Notes: a model not told the origin generated them from the letters alone. Counted from the first letter of the stretch, positions 29,062 to 40,423 are shown. The stretch: DNA of 64,000 nucleotides from Candidatus Latescibacterota bacterium (GCA_965248435.1 OZ252100.1:288001-352000); one strand, 5' to 3'. Made by a program: numbers and translations.

Positions 29062-29856
29062 TCAACAAGCGATCACCTGCCCGTCGTAGGCCAGACCGAC
29101 CGTTTCCGGCAAATCCACGTCCTGTTCGCCGCACTGTTCGCTGAAAAACCTGTCATCGAGTCGATGCATAATGTGGGTCAGGTAGGTCTCCCTGGGTTCC
29201 AACGCGTTCGAAATCTCCACGGTCTCCCCGACCGAGAGATGCGTCGGATGTCGGGGATTGAAACTCAACCCGTCCATCACCAACACCTCTATGCCGTGGA
29301 GCAACTCGAGGGATTCGGCCGAAATCTGTTTGACGTCTGGCAGATAACCGAAAGGCCCGATCCGGTAGCCGAACGTCTTCACCGCACCGTGAGTAACGGG
29401 GATGGGCAGCACGTCTACACCGCAGACGGTGAAGCGCGTTGAGATCGCGTTCGGGATCAAATGGGCTACGCCGCCCCCCTCGAAGGTCTCTTTCGAAAAC
29501 ATATAGTCGAAGTTTCGCTGCAGGACTCGCATGGTTTCTTCCGGGCCGAAGATCTCCATGTCCATCTTCTGTTTTCGGCAGGGCATCACCAGGTCGTTCG
29601 TCCCGCTGATATGGTCGGAGTGACAGTGCGTATAGATCACCGCGTCGATCTGATCCACGCCGTTCCGGTCGATCTGATCCAGAAAATTTGGACCTGTGTC
29701 GAACTGCAGCCGTGCGCCGTTGACTTCAACGTGGCAGGAAGGGCGGGTCCGGAAGTTCCTGGACCCGGGTTGGCGCGCGTCCAGACAGGTTTCACATTCA
29801 CATCTGTATTCTGGAACCCCTGTTGAAGTCCCGGATCCGAGGATTGTAACTTTCAT
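29062..29856 (-). CDS. MBL-fold metallohydrolase (PhnP-like)
   Basis: LGSGTSTGVP..C.C..C, THCHSDH, HPTH. Confidence 0.85.
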   Translation of the reverse strand: MKVTILGSGTSTGVPEYRCECETCLDARQPGSRNFRTRPSCHVEVNGARLQFDTGPNFLDQIDRNGVDQIDAVIYTHCHSDHISGTNDLVMPCRKQKMDMEIFGPEETMRVLQRNFDYMFSKETFEGGGVAHLIPNAISTRFTVCGVDVLPIPVTHGAVKTFGYRIGPFGYLPDVKQISAESLELLHGIEVLVMDGLSFNPRHPTHLSVGETVEISNALEPRETYLTHIMHRLDDRFFSEQCGEQDVDLPETVGLAYDGQVIAC

Positions 29857-30025
29857 TTTCTCACTCTAGGCTAGATTTCACAGGCTATAGACCCAAAATA
29901 CGCTTTCCCTGATCGCAAATCAACTTGAACGTCTGACAACAAAAATGGCCCCCTGAATCATTGAAGGGCCCTTTTACCTCGAGACTTCGCTTCTAAGCCA
30001 CCATTTACAACATCGTTCTGGGCTC

Positions 30026-33000
30026 CTACTCCGCTGACCCCTCCAGTCCCGCAATGAAAAGGAGCAGGTCGGAAAAACCGATGTTTCCGTTCCCGTCCAG
30101 ATCCATCCTGTCGTCGAAGGCGAGATCTCCGGCACTCGCCCCGAAGGCGGTCTGAAAGTCTGAAATCGTGATCGGATCTTGAGTGCCCTCCACGACTAGA
30201 GTCCCCTGTTCCGCGCCGATCTTCAGCTCCTGCGTACCGGAAAGCCCTCCATAGGAGCCGGACACCAACCGCAGCTCGGTCTTTCCCTCGAATCCTTCCA
30301 GCACGCGAAACGTGGCCTGACCCAGCGAACCCCTGTCGGCGCTTGCAGTCCCACCCAGGATGGCGGCATGGATCTCCACCTGGCCCTCGCCGGGACGGGA
30401 GATGAGGTGCCTGCCCGCCTGCATAAGCCCCTCCACTTCGAAACCCACGAATTCAAGTTGCGACGGGTCGAAGCCCAGGCCTGCACGGAACCCTACGATG
30501 CCGCGTGTCCCGGATGTCGCCAGGAGATTAACCGCAACAAGATCTCCCGGGGCACCGCTAAAATGCGGAGCAGCGATCCGCCGCAGCACGATCGCAGGCG
30601 TCGCGACGATGGCCAGTCTGACAGGTTCCATGCCCGCCGCGCTTGCCTGGATCACGACCTCTCCAGATTCACCCGTCGTCACCGTCGTTGTTACCCTCCC
30701 GTCGCCGACCACCCCTTCATCAGCTGTGAGCTGCCCCTGGCCCTCCACGATCTGGAAAGCGACCCGGATCTCGTTGTCCTCATCTAGAATCGTGCCATCT
30801 AGGCTCAGCAGGCTGACCTCCAGGGTGGCGAAATCAGACCCATCACCCGCGATGATCTCCAAATCCGTAGCGATCTCCAGGCGAGCGCTACGATGGGCCT
30901 GGACAGAGAGACGATACATTCCTTGCCTGTTATCCATTGCTTTTACAGATAGATACAGCGTTTCTTTGCGAGATCGATCGAAAACGAACTCCCCGTCGTT
31001 TTCGTAGAAATCCAGGGGCTCCCCGTTCTCGTCGTGGACCTGGATTTGTAGATTCCCCTCCCCACCTGCCGTGATAGCGTAACGATAGCCAGGCATCGCC
31101 TCGAATGAAACCCAATCCGTCTCGTCCACGGTGTGGAGTGTTCGCATTTGAACCTTTCCGTCCACGCCGATCGACTTTGCGACAGTTCGAACATCGTCGG
31201 GTTCGAAAAGATCAGGGAGTTGTCCGGGCAGGGGTTCGGTCACCCTGATCACGACGTAGCGCGCTGCTGCCCCGGGTGCGCTGGCAAGGATCGTGAGCAA
31301 CCCCGGCTCCAGACCGAAAAACCGCGCTGTGGCCTCACCGTGCGTGATCCTCACCACCTCCTCCTGCAGCCTGCCCTCTCCACCCACGACGCGCAGATGG
31401 ACCTCCGTGTTACTATCGTCTATCTGTTCGGAGCCATCCAGATCAAGCAGTTTTAGAGCAAGGACCGATGTGTCAAACCCGTTTGCAGATATCGTCAGCG
31501 GATCCGCCGAAGCGGCCAGCGACCGGATCGCTTTGACATCAAGCGAGGCCGTGACCCCCCAGGCCCCGATCGCACTTGCCTGAACTGTGATCCTTCCAGG
31601 GGTCCTGCTCTTGATTGTCGTCTCGGCACTGCCGCTGGAAGCCATCACCGAGGACAAAGAGAGCGTCCCGTTCCCTTCCAGGATATGGAAAGCAACACGC
31701 GGGTCCTCAACCCCTCCTGAAGCGGACGGGAGCAACTCGGCGTGAATCGTGAGCGTTTCTTGACCGTCTGCGTCGATGGCCCCTTTATCCTTCCATATCT
31801 GAATCGATCGCTCAGGGGCCAGGACCCTCCGCACACGGTGGTTTTCCGTGTCGGCGATGTAAAGCGTCCCGGACCCGTCGAGGGAAAGCCCGAACGGTCC
31901 GGCCAGCAGACTTTGGACGGCTTCACCATCCCCCGAAAACCCCTTCGCACCTCCCCCGACCACGGTCGTGATCCTGCCGGAAGGATCTATTCTCCGGACC
32001 CGGTTGTTGCCCCGGTCGACGAAAAAGACCTGGCCGAAGGGATCGGAGAAGACTGCCGATGGGATCCGCAGCCTGGCCGAGGTTGCCGCCCCGCCGTCCC
32101 CTGAAAAGCCGGGGAGACCGTCCCCGGCGACAGTGGAGATCCGACCCTCTCGGTCCACCTTGCGAATCCGGTAGTTGCTCCGGTCGGCGATGAAGAGTTC
32201 ACCCTCCAGATTGACCGTGACGCCGAACGGGTCTGCGAGCATAGCCAGCGTGGCGGGTCCCCCGTCTCCCGAAAACCCTTTCTGGCCGCTTCCCACAGCG
32301 GTCGTAATGATGCCGGTCGGGTCGATCTTCCGAATCCGGTGGTTGGCCTGGTCCGCCACGTAGATCACGCCCTGTAGATCGACAAAAATCCCTGTCGGGT
32401 TGTTTAGCTGCGCCTCCGTGGCCGGCCCCCCATCTCCCGAAACTCCCTTCGACCCACGCCCCGCGACGCTGCTGATGATCCCTTCTGGGTCAACCCTCCG
32501 AATACGGTGATTAAAGGTATCTGCGATGTAGGCGATCCCATCCGGGCCGACGCAGACCGACATCGGACTCGCGAGCATCGCTTCCGTCGCCGGGCCGCCA
32601 TCCCCTGAAAATCCGTAGCTGCCGCGCCCAGCAACGGTCGTGATCCGACCTTCTGAGTCCACCTTTCGGATACGCTGGTTGGAGGTGTCCGCGATGTATA
32701 GATTGCCCTCCTTATCCACAGCAAGACCAAACGGGTTTATGAGATGGGCGCTGGTGGCCACCCCGCCGTCACCGACACCCCCGCCGGCCACGGTCTCGAT
32801 GACACCTCGGGGATCCACCCGCCTTATCCGATGGTTCCGGCGGTCCGCGAAATATAGATTCCCTGAGCTGTCGACGAAGGGAGATGACGGGTCGTTCAGT
32901 CTCGCCCAGGTTGCGGGTCCTCCATCTCCGGCAAAGCCTCGCACGCTGGCCCCCGCGAGGACTTCGGTGCGACCATCAGGAGCGATACCGACAATCCGAT

Positions 33001-33904
33001 TTGACTCGCCATCCGTGACGATGATTTTCCCGGTCGGGTCCACAAAGAGGTCATCGGGACGGCGAAGGATGGCATCGGGCACCGTCGCATCCAGGACCGT
33101 GGACATCAAACCGGAGCCGTCGACCCGCCTGATCCTGCCCCTCCCAGCTTCAAGGAAAAGGAGTCGGCCGTCTGGATCGACGGCCACATCGGTCGGACGC
33201 ATCAGTGGGCTCTCCAGCGCAGGAAGTCCATCAGATCCCGCACCCTCCACCCCGTTTCCGGCCACGGCTTCGATCTCGCCCGACGGATTGACGCGCCGAA
33301 TCCTGTGATTTCCCTGGTCCGCGATGTAGAGCGCTCCATCTTCACCCATTGTGATCCCGGTGGGCTCGTTCAGACTCGCATACGCAGCAGGACCCCCGTC
33401 ACCCGAGTAGCCTGCTTCCCCGTTCCCCGCAACGGTGATGATGAGGCCCGAGGTATCCACGACGCGCACCCGTTGATTGCCAGTATCAAGGATATACAGG
33501 TTGCCCGAACCGTCTATGAACAGGTCCGTTGGCCGATTCAGGTCCGCTTCGATCGCTCGCCCTCCGTCCCCGCCAAACCCCGCACTACCGGTTCCGGCAA
33601 CGGTGGTCACCTCTCCGGATGGATCGATCCATCGGACCCGGTGGTGGCCCGTGTCCACGACGTAGACGCCTCCTGTCCCATCGACAAACAGGGCGGATGG
33701 ATTGTTCAGCCGGGCTTCGGTCGCTGCTGTGCCATCACCGATACCCCCGCCTGCAATCGTAGTCAGCGTCTGGGCGATAGACTGGGCCGGCAGTACGGCG
33801 ATAAAGAGCGTCCACAACACTACGAACTGAGCCAGCCTGCTCGCGCCACGCCTATCTGAAACCCGATGCCAGGTCATACCCGCATTCCTCTTCAAATCGG
33901 CCAT
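30026..33904 (-). CDS. Large secreted NHL-repeat protein with invasin/Big-1 Ig domains, PPC-like, cohesin-like and EF-hand dockerin-like domains
   Basis: About 12 repeats of GFSGDGGPAT.A.L..P....D..G..YIAD..NHRIR, three ADG/ANG-type Ig repeats, GFRAGLGFDPSQLEFVG, DLDGNGNIGFSD. Confidence 0.8.
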   Translation of the reverse strand: MADLKRNAGMTWHRVSDRRGASRLAQFVVLWTLFIAVLPAQSIAQTLTTIAGGGIGDGTAATEARLNNPSALFVDGTGGVYVVDTGHHRVRWIDPSGEVTTVAGTGSAGFGGDGGRAIEADLNRPTDLFIDGSGNLYILDTGNQRVRVVDTSGLIITVAGNGEAGYSGDGGPAAYASLNEPTGITMGEDGALYIADQGNHRIRRVNPSGEIEAVAGNGVEGAGSDGLPALESPLMRPTDVAVDPDGRLLFLEAGRGRIRRVDGSGLMSTVLDATVPDAILRRPDDLFVDPTGKIIVTDGESNRIVGIAPDGRTEVLAGASVRGFAGDGGPATWARLNDPSSPFVDSSGNLYFADRRNHRIRRVDPRGVIETVAGGGVGDGGVATSAHLINPFGLAVDKEGNLYIADTSNQRIRKVDSEGRITTVAGRGSYGFSGDGGPATEAMLASPMSVCVGPDGIAYIADTFNHRIRRVDPEGIISSVAGRGSKGVSGDGGPATEAQLNNPTGIFVDLQGVIYVADQANHRIRKIDPTGIITTAVGSGQKGFSGDGGPATLAMLADPFGVTVNLEGELFIADRSNYRIRKVDREGRISTVAGDGLPGFSGDGGAATSARLRIPSAVFSDPFGQVFFVDRGNNRVRRIDPSGRITTVVGGGAKGFSGDGEAVQSLLAGPFGLSLDGSGTLYIADTENHRVRRVLAPERSIQIWKDKGAIDADGQETLTIHAELLPSASGGVEDPRVAFHILEGNGTLSLSSVMASSGSAETTIKSRTPGRITVQASAIGAWGVTASLDVKAIRSLAASADPLTISANGFDTSVLALKLLDLDGSEQIDDSNTEVHLRVVGGEGRLQEEVVRITHGEATARFFGLEPGLLTILASAPGAAARYVVIRVTEPLPGQLPDLFEPDDVRTVAKSIGVDGKVQMRTLHTVDETDWVSFEAMPGYRYAITAGGEGNLQIQVHDENGEPLDFYENDGEFVFDRSRKETLYLSVKAMDNRQGMYRLSVQAHRSARLEIATDLEIIAGDGSDFATLEVSLLSLDGTILDEDNEIRVAFQIVEGQGQLTADEGVVGDGRVTTTVTTGESGEVVIQASAAGMEPVRLAIVATPAIVLRRIAAPHFSGAPGDLVAVNLLATSGTRGIVGFRAGLGFDPSQLEFVGFEVEGLMQAGRHLISRPGEGQVEIHAAILGGTASADRGSLGQATFRVLEGFEGKTELRLVSGSYGGLSGTQELKIGAEQGTLVVEGTQDPITISDFQTAFGASAGDLAFDDRMDLDGNGNIGFSDLLLFIAGLEGSAE

Positions 33905-34190
33905 AAGTCTCCTCGGGTATAATTTCGGGTAGATCGAGGAACGATTCAACCCCGAATTTCCATCATGCATACATTATATATACTGGACGGTGCAAACCCA
34001 AAGATCTCCCTGCAGAATCGATGACTTCACCCGCTGCGCTTTGTTAACTTACTGGGACAAAGCATCTAATCGGCCTGAAGGTCGGCACGGATCATAAAAT
34101 CGATTTTCGAGGCACACCAGTTGCTTCTGTTGCGAGGGAGCACCCACCAAACCGATCGAAATCGAAAGACCGACATGGAGACCCACTTTG

Positions 34191-35255
34191 ATGAAGGTTC
34201 ATCGCGTCCTGATCGTCCTGCTTGCTTTTTTTCTTGTCTCCGGTTTGCCCGGAATGGATGCTGAGATGTCGCAAGCGGCGGAAAACTCTTGGGGTCTGCT
34301 GGAGATCCACACCGTGCTCCCCTTCGATGCCATCCCTGCCATTTTCGAGCCTGAATTTGTCGACGCAGAAAAGGCGGGCGTCAGCGACGAATCGCCGATG
34401 ATCGGCGTCTCCCTCAACGGGGAGCAGCGCGCCTACTCGATGATCCTCCTGAATCATCACGAAATCGTCAACGACGAGGTCGGTGGAGAGCCGATCGCCA
34501 CGACCTGGTGACCGCTCTGCGGCACGGCTATCGTGTATAGCCGAACGTTGGAAGGCAAGACCCTGACCCTCGGCGTGAGCGGAAAGTTATGGAAGAACGC
34601 ACTGGTGATGTATGACCGGGAGACCCGAACGCTCTGGTCGCACTTGACAGGAGAAGGGTTGCTGGGCCCGCTGGTCGGCAAGAAGCTGACGATGCTTACT
34701 TCCGTGCCGAAGCTCAAATGGGAGGATTGGAAAAGGCTCTACCCTGAGACAAAAGTGCTCACCGTCAGGGGGCGAGAAGATCAGCGCCGCGATTCCTACC
34801 GGGACTACCACACTTCTCACAGGACAGGGCTCTTCGCTCCCAAGAATACAGACGACCGACTCTCAGATAAGGACTGGGTGATCGGCGTGACGATCGGCAC
34901 GCAACAGAAGGCCTATCGGCTCAAGAAGAAACTCTGGAAGGGAACGGAGAAGGGAAAATGGCGGTTGATTCAGGACGTGATCGGAGAGATTCCGATCATG
35001 ATTTACCACGATCCAGAAAATTATGCAACCGCAGTCTACGAACGTCGCGCCGAAGACGGAAAAGTTCTGGAGTTCGAGTCGGAATCTGACGGGAGACGCG
35101 TGTCAGATCGCTCCGGGGCGAAGTGGGATCTGCTTACAGGGCGGGGCACCGAAGGCAGAACCCTAAAACCGATCCCTCACATGAATGTCTATTGGTTCGC
35201 CTGGGCCGATTTTTATCCTGAGACGCTCATTTATCAGCATGAAGGTGATGGGTAG
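34191..35255 (+). CDS. DUF3179 family selenoprotein (UxxC), read through TGA 34509-34511
   Basis: ORFs 34188-34511 and 34533-35255 are in the same frame: DAIPAI...HEIVND...ATTW-TGA-PLCGTAIVYSR...GVSGKLW..ALVMYDRET.TLWS...YWFAWADFYP. Confidence 0.8.
34525..34543 (+). promoter_or_regulatory. Putative bacterial SECIS element
   Basis: CGGCTAT-CGTGT-ATAGCCG perfect 7-bp stem. The loop starts 20 nt after the UGA and has G at position 2. Confidence 0.65.
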
Positions 35256-35258
35256 CGT

Positions 35259-37361
35259 CTAGTTCGAGCGAATGACCAGGGACCAAACCGAAATATCAGG
35301 CAACCCAATTCGTGTCCAGGTATCCCCATTGTCCTCGGATCGGAAGACACCTCTGTAGGTTCCTGCAAGCACCCGGTCCATCGAATCGATGGCCAGATAG
35401 AGGGTCGCATATGTCAATCCAACATTCGCACCAGCCCACTCCCCATCACCCGTGGAGCGAAATACACCCTGGCCGGTCGAGGCAAAGAGTTGCCCGCTGG
35501 AATTGATGGCCATTGAGAAGATATAGGGACTGGCGCTGATTTGTACCCAAGTGTCGCCGCTGTCCGTTGAGCGGAAGATGCCGTCTTCGAGCGTTCCGGC
35601 AAAGACGTGACCGCTAGAATTGATTCTGAGGAAAGTGACGTCACTGATCAGGCTGGTTTGCACCCAGGTCTCGCCATTGTCACCAGAACGGAAGACGCCA
35701 TTGTCGTCATTCCCGGCAAAGATCTGTCCATCGGAATCGATGGCCAGAGAGAGGACGTCATCCATCACGCTGGGTTGCACGGTCGGAACGGTCAAGCTTG
35801 TAGTACTCTGAGTCCAGGTACCTCCAGCATCGGTAGAGCGAAAGAGCCCCCGTTCACGAGTCAAGGCGAAAATTTCACCGCCTGAATTGATGATTAAGGA
35901 AGACACGCGATTGATTACGTTGTTTTGCATCGTAACGCGGGATTTTTCGATCGCGCCGGCTTTCACCCAGGTGTCCCCACTGTCCGTGGAGCGATAGATT
36001 CCATGCTTCCGCGTTCCGACAAGAACGTCACCACTATCGTGGACGACCACAGAAATGGGAGAAAAAAATAGCTCTTCTGTTGGCAACCCGTTGTTGATCT
36101 GCGTCCAGTTGTCTCCATTATCTGTGGAGCGAAAGATGCCGTCTTCAAGCGTTGCAGCGAAAACATCTCCATTGGCACCGAAAGCCAGTGAAAATGTCCT
36201 GTTCGCCGGGCTGCTCTTCTCCCAGGTGTCTCCATTGTCCGTGGAGCGAGAAACCCCACCGCCTGATGCGGCAAATACGTGTCCGCTGGGACTAATGGCT
36301 AGAGAGAAGGCAGAAATACCTACAAGCGACGTCCAGTTCTCTCCATTGTCCGTGGAACGAGAGATGCCGCCCAACCCCTCTAGGAGATTCGAAAAACCAC
36401 GAGGCCCTGAGGCAAAGATGTGCCCGCTGGCATTGATGGCCAGATAATCGGCGATGCGGGTCAAGCTGGTTTGCGTCCAGGTGTCGCCATTGTCTGTCGA
36501 GCGCAACACGCCATTCAGATTGGCGGCAAAAATATGACTGCTGGCATTGATAGCCAGGTGGAAGACCTGATCTGTCAAGGCCGTTGGCACCCAGTTCTCT
36601 CCGCTATCGGAGGAGCGAAAGACACCATCAGGGGTCGTGGCAAACATGTGCCCGCCGGCATTAAACGCGAGAGAACCCGGATTAAAGCTCTTTCGTACGA
36701 TTGTGCGGGTCTGCAGCCAGTTCTCTCCGTTGTCTGTGGAACGAAAGACTCCCACATCATCCATCCCAACAAAAATATGCCCGCTCGCATTGATGGCCAT
36801 GCACATGATATGCTCAGTTGTCCTGATTCCGTCGGTCGGCAGGCCAGAACTTGTATGCATCCAACTCTGTCCGTCGTCGACAGAGCGAAATACTCCTCCC
36901 CCGCGGCGTGTTCCTGCAAAGATCTGTCCGCTGGGATTGATGGCCAGGGAACGGACAATAAGATCCTGAAAACCGAGCTCAGTCTGGATCCAGGTCTCCC
37001 CATTATCGACCGATCGAAAGATGCCCATCGTATCCGTTCCAGCAAACATGGATCCGATGGAACCGCCGCCAGGCGTTTTCTCAACGACCCGCCCGAATTG
37101 CTGTGCAAACATAACGAAGTCGTCAAAGTCCACGGTGCCATCTTTGTCTAGATCAAATCTTGGATCGAATTCCGGATTCGCCGAGCTCTTCTCGTAGTTT
37201 TGGGCGAATCTGACGAAGTCCAAGAAGTCCACCCTGCCGCTGCCGTCGAAATCGGCGTCTAAAGTCGCTATCGAATACGCCCGACTTGAGACCAGGATCA
37301 TTCCAGCCACGCCGAGGATCAGGCACCCGGACTCTCTAATCGTCCGACTGAGCTTAATCAT
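35259..37361 (-). CDS. Secreted BNR/Asp-box beta-propeller protein with an N-terminal EF-hand dockerin-like domain
   Basis: DFDGSGRVDFLDF...DLDKDGTVDFDDF, then about 14 G[VI]FRSTDNG.[TN]W repeats. Confidence 0.8.
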   Translation of the reverse strand: MIKLSRTIRESGCLILGVAGMILVSSRAYSIATLDADFDGSGRVDFLDFVRFAQNYEKSSANPEFDPRFDLDKDGTVDFDDFVMFAQQFGRVVEKTPGGGSIGSMFAGTDTMGIFRSVDNGETWIQTELGFQDLIVRSLAINPSGQIFAGTRRGGGVFRSVDDGQSWMHTSSGLPTDGIRTTEHIMCMAINASGHIFVGMDDVGVFRSTDNGENWLQTRTIVRKSFNPGSLAFNAGGHMFATTPDGVFRSSDSGENWVPTALTDQVFHLAINASSHIFAANLNGVLRSTDNGDTWTQTSLTRIADYLAINASGHIFASGPRGFSNLLEGLGGISRSTDNGENWTSLVGISAFSLAISPSGHVFAASGGGVSRSTDNGDTWEKSSPANRTFSLAFGANGDVFAATLEDGIFRSTDNGDNWTQINNGLPTEELFFSPISVVVHDSGDVLVGTRKHGIYRSTDSGDTWVKAGAIEKSRVTMQNNVINRVSSLIINSGGEIFALTRERGLFRSTDAGGTWTQSTTSLTVPTVQPSVMDDVLSLAIDSDGQIFAGNDDNGVFRSGDNGETWVQTSLISDVTFLRINSSGHVFAGTLEDGIFRSTDSGDTWVQISASPYIFSMAINSSGQLFASTGQGVFRSTGDGEWAGANVGLTYATLYLAIDSMDRVLAGTYRGVFRSEDNGDTWTRIGLPDISVWSLVIRSN

Positions 37362-37368
37362 GAAATGC

Positions 37369-39126
37369 TTACCGAATTTCCACAATATCGGTCATCGTCA
37401 ACGCGCCCGGGTTCGAAACCCGCTGCAGCCGCCGAACGAGATCGATCGCCGGAAGAAACGTCTCCATCAGATTTGTGATCGGTGCAACCAGGCCTGCAGC
37501 CACTTCGCCATCAGCAACCTGCTCCAGAACCACCTCGAGGATCGACTTCTCCCTTGGAATGACCTTCAGCTTGACTGGCGCATCAGGAGCGAGACCCATC
37601 GCTTTCCGAGTCAATATCAGCGCGGTTTGAAACCCGCCCAGCTCGTCAACCAGTCCGAGCGCCTTTGCGTCCTCTCCGGTCCAGACCCGGCCCTTCGCCA
37701 CCTCCAGAACCGTTGAAATAGGCAAGTTCCTACCTTCCGCAACCTTGCTCGTGAAGTCTGCGTAGATTCGGTCCAGCAAGGTCTGGATCTTCGCCCATCC
37801 GTCCTCAGAATAGTCGTGAAGTGCTGACCAGATCTCCGAATTTGTGCTGGTATGGACCTCGTCCCACGTCAACCCGAGTTTCTCCCAGAAATTCTTCGTC
37901 AGCATCTTTCCTCCCACCACGCCGATCGATCCGGTCAGCGTTCCAGGCTGCGCGACGATCTTATCCGCGGACATCGCCACGAAATACCCGCCGGAACCGG
38001 CCACGTTCCCCATGGAGACGATCACCGGCTTTCCCGCCTCTCTCGCCAGCGTCGTTCCCCGCCAGATCGCGTCTGAAGCGATATAAGAGCCTCCCGGACT
38101 GTCGACTCTGAACAGGATGGCACGGACTTCTTCATCCTCCACCGCTGTCCGGAAGGCCTTGGTCACCGTGTCAGATCCCATGACCGAACCGCCGGGGTCC
38201 GACTCGCTCTTACCCCTCATCACGGATCCAATCCCGTAAATCAATGCGATCACTTCGCCCTCGTCGTGCGGCCTTCCAGCGCGTTTGAGATAAGTGCCGA
38301 GTGACAATGTCTTCGCGTCTTCGGAGGTCTCCGCCTTCATCTGCTCGTATACCTCATCCCTGTAAGCCAGGCCATCCACGAGGTTCGCCTCGACCGACTC
38401 CTGCCCGAGGAAAGGCCCCCCGTCTATCGCCGCGCGGACCTCCTCTTCCGAGAGTCCTCGGGATGCTGCGATCCCCCTGACCATTTGCGAAAACAGGGAA
38501 GAGACGATCTTCTCCATCGCCTCGCGATGGGGTTCATTGAACGACCGTTCCGTGAAAAGGTACTTTGCACTCTTGTATTCCTGACGATGGTCCAACCTGG
38601 GCGATATCCCGAGCTTGTCCAATGTCCCCTTCAGGAAGGGGCTCTCCGCCATGAGACCGGTCAGTCCTACAAACCCCGAAGGCTGCAGGTAGATCTTTTC
38701 GAACGAGGTCGCCAGATAGTAGGCCCCGTTTCCGGGCCCGAGCTCACCGAATGTCTCCACATACGCGACCGCAGGCTTCCCGCTATTTCGGAAAGCCATC
38801 ACGGCATCCCGGATCTCCTGCGTCTGCCCCCAGCCCAAACCAGACACACCGACCCTGGCGATCAGTCCGATCACCCTCGGGTCGCCAGAGGCACGTTCGA
38901 GCGCCTCCACGACGTCTCGCAGGACGAGGACCTTTCCTTCCGAGATCTTCGCCAGTGGACTGTCTCCGATCTGCTCGATCACGCGTCTTTCGAAGTCGAC
39001 CTCCAGAATCGTCTCATCGGGGACCCCTGGTGTGGCCCGGACCAGAAAGGCGACCATCGTCACGAGCGCGACAAGCACAACAGCGCCGCCGATGTAGGCA
39101 AGGACGGCAATCAGAATCCTTTTCAT
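37369..39126 (-). CDS. sppA: Signal peptide peptidase SppA (67K type)
   Basis: EYKSA, RVDSPGGS, SMGNVAGSGGY, TGSIGV, GRVWTG. Confidence 0.9.
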   Translation of the reverse strand: MKRILIAVLAYIGGAVVLVALVTMVAFLVRATPGVPDETILEVDFERRVIEQIGDSPLAKISEGKVLVLRDVVEALERASGDPRVIGLIARVGVSGLGWGQTQEIRDAVMAFRNSGKPAVAYVETFGELGPGNGAYYLATSFEKIYLQPSGFVGLTGLMAESPFLKGTLDKLGISPRLDHRQEYKSAKYLFTERSFNEPHREAMEKIVSSLFSQMVRGIAASRGLSEEEVRAAIDGGPFLGQESVEANLVDGLAYRDEVYEQMKAETSEDAKTLSLGTYLKRAGRPHDEGEVIALIYGIGSVMRGKSESDPGGSVMGSDTVTKAFRTAVEDEEVRAILFRVDSPGGSYIASDAIWRGTTLAREAGKPVIVSMGNVAGSGGYFVAMSADKIVAQPGTLTGSIGVVGGKMLTKNFWEKLGLTWDEVHTSTNSEIWSALHDYSEDGWAKIQTLLDRIYADFTSKVAEGRNLPISTVLEVAKGRVWTGEDAKALGLVDELGGFQTALILTRKAMGLAPDAPVKLKVIPREKSILEVVLEQVADGEVAAGLVAPITNLMETFLPAIDLVRRLQRVSNPGALTMTDIVEIR

Positions 39127-39268
39127 AATGACCTCCTGCAATCTTAGTGTGGGTTGAAGCGAAACCCTCGAGGAATCCTTCCACTTTCCGTGCCTCCAAA
39201 TATATATTAGCACGGGTCCAACTCGCAGCAATGTTGTGCAGGCATAACGAAGCCGTTAGGAGGCCAGT

Positions 39269-40423
39269 ATGAAGGTGACGAACTTGAAGTGCTTCGAGGT
39301 CGATGCAAACTATTTCATCGTTAAAGTGGAGACAGACGAAGGCATCTACGGCCTGGGTGAGTCCGGCATACGCTTCTGGAGCCGATCCATCGAACAGGCC
39401 GTGGTGCATCTCTCCGAACTGGTCGTTGGCCAGGACCCGTTCGCGACGGAGAGGCTCTGGCAGGAGATGTTTCGGTCCTGTTTCTTCCCGGCGGATAGGG
39501 TCTACTGCTGTGCCATCAGTGCGATCGACATCGCCCTGTGGGACATCAAGGGCAAGGCCCTCGGAATGCCGGTATACAGACTCCTGGGGGGACCGGTCAG
39601 AAACAAGGTGGTCTGTTATCCCCACTCGCAGGGAGATGACCCCGAAGCGCTGCTCCAGAACGCTAAACAACTCGTGGCCGAAGGGTGGAAATTCCTGAGG
39701 TGGCACCTGCCCATGACGACCGGAGGCACTGAAGCGTGGGACTCGGGGAGCGTATCCGATCCACTGGCAGCGATTCGCGTGGCCGAGGAACAGATGGCCG
39801 CGGTGAGAGAGGCGGTGGGTCCCGAGATCCAGATCTGCTTCGACGTCCACACGAGGCTGGACACGGCCCACGCGATAAGCCTCTGCAAGGCCCTGGAGCC
39901 TTACAGACCCTACTTTGTAGAAGACCCGATACGATCAGAAAACCCGGGCAGCTATCGGACGCTGGCCCGCCACGTTTCGCTGCCGATCGCCGCGGGAGAA
40001 CAGTGGGTCAGTAAATGGGCCTGGCGAGAGGTGATCGAAGAGGAGCTGATCAGCTATGCACGCATCGACGTCTGTAACGTCGGCGGGCTGACCGAGGCCC
40101 TGAAGATCGCCCACTGGTGCGAAACGCACTACATCGACCTCGCGCCCCACAACCCACTCGGACCCGTGAGCGCTGCGGCCTGCACCGCCCTCTGCATGGC
40201 CTCGACCAACGTGGGCGTCCTGGAGATGTCCAAGCGTCCGGGCAGCTATGCGACAGATCTCTTCCCGAAGCAGATCGGATGGGAGGACGGCTATGCGTTC
40301 GCCCCGGACACTCCCGGTTTGGGTGTGGATTTCGATGAGGCGCTTGCTGATACACGCCGAGCGAGTTCTCGTGGGTTCGCCCAAAGATTCGAGAGGCCGG
40401 ACGGCGCGTTCACGAATTGGTAA
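39269..40423 (+). CDS. Mandelate racemase/enolase superfamily sugar-acid dehydratase (DgoD-like)
   Basis: AIDIALWDIKGK, DVH, EDP, GE, APHNPLGPV, PGLGVD. Confidence 0.85.
   Translation: MKVTNLKCFEVDANYFIVKVETDEGIYGLGESGIRFWSRSIEQAVVHLSELVVGQDPFATERLWQEMFRSCFFPADRVYCCAISAIDIALWDIKGKALGMPVYRLLGGPVRNKVVCYPHSQGDDPEALLQNAKQLVAEGWKFLRWHLPMTTGGTEAWDSGSVSDPLAAIRVAEEQMAAVREAVGPEIQICFDVHTRLDTAHAISLCKALEPYRPYFVEDPIRSENPGSYRTLARHVSLPIAAGEQWVSKWAWREVIEEELISYARIDVCNVGGLTEALKIAHWCETHYIDLAPHNPLGPVSAAACTALCMASTNVGVLEMSKRPGSYATDLFPKQIGWEDGYAFAPDTPGLGVDFDEALADTRRASSRGFAQRFERPDGAFTNW

Noticed and set aside
31830-33760. DNA tandem repeat or mobile repeat
   Set aside because: The periodicity is protein-level NHL repeats with diverged codons.
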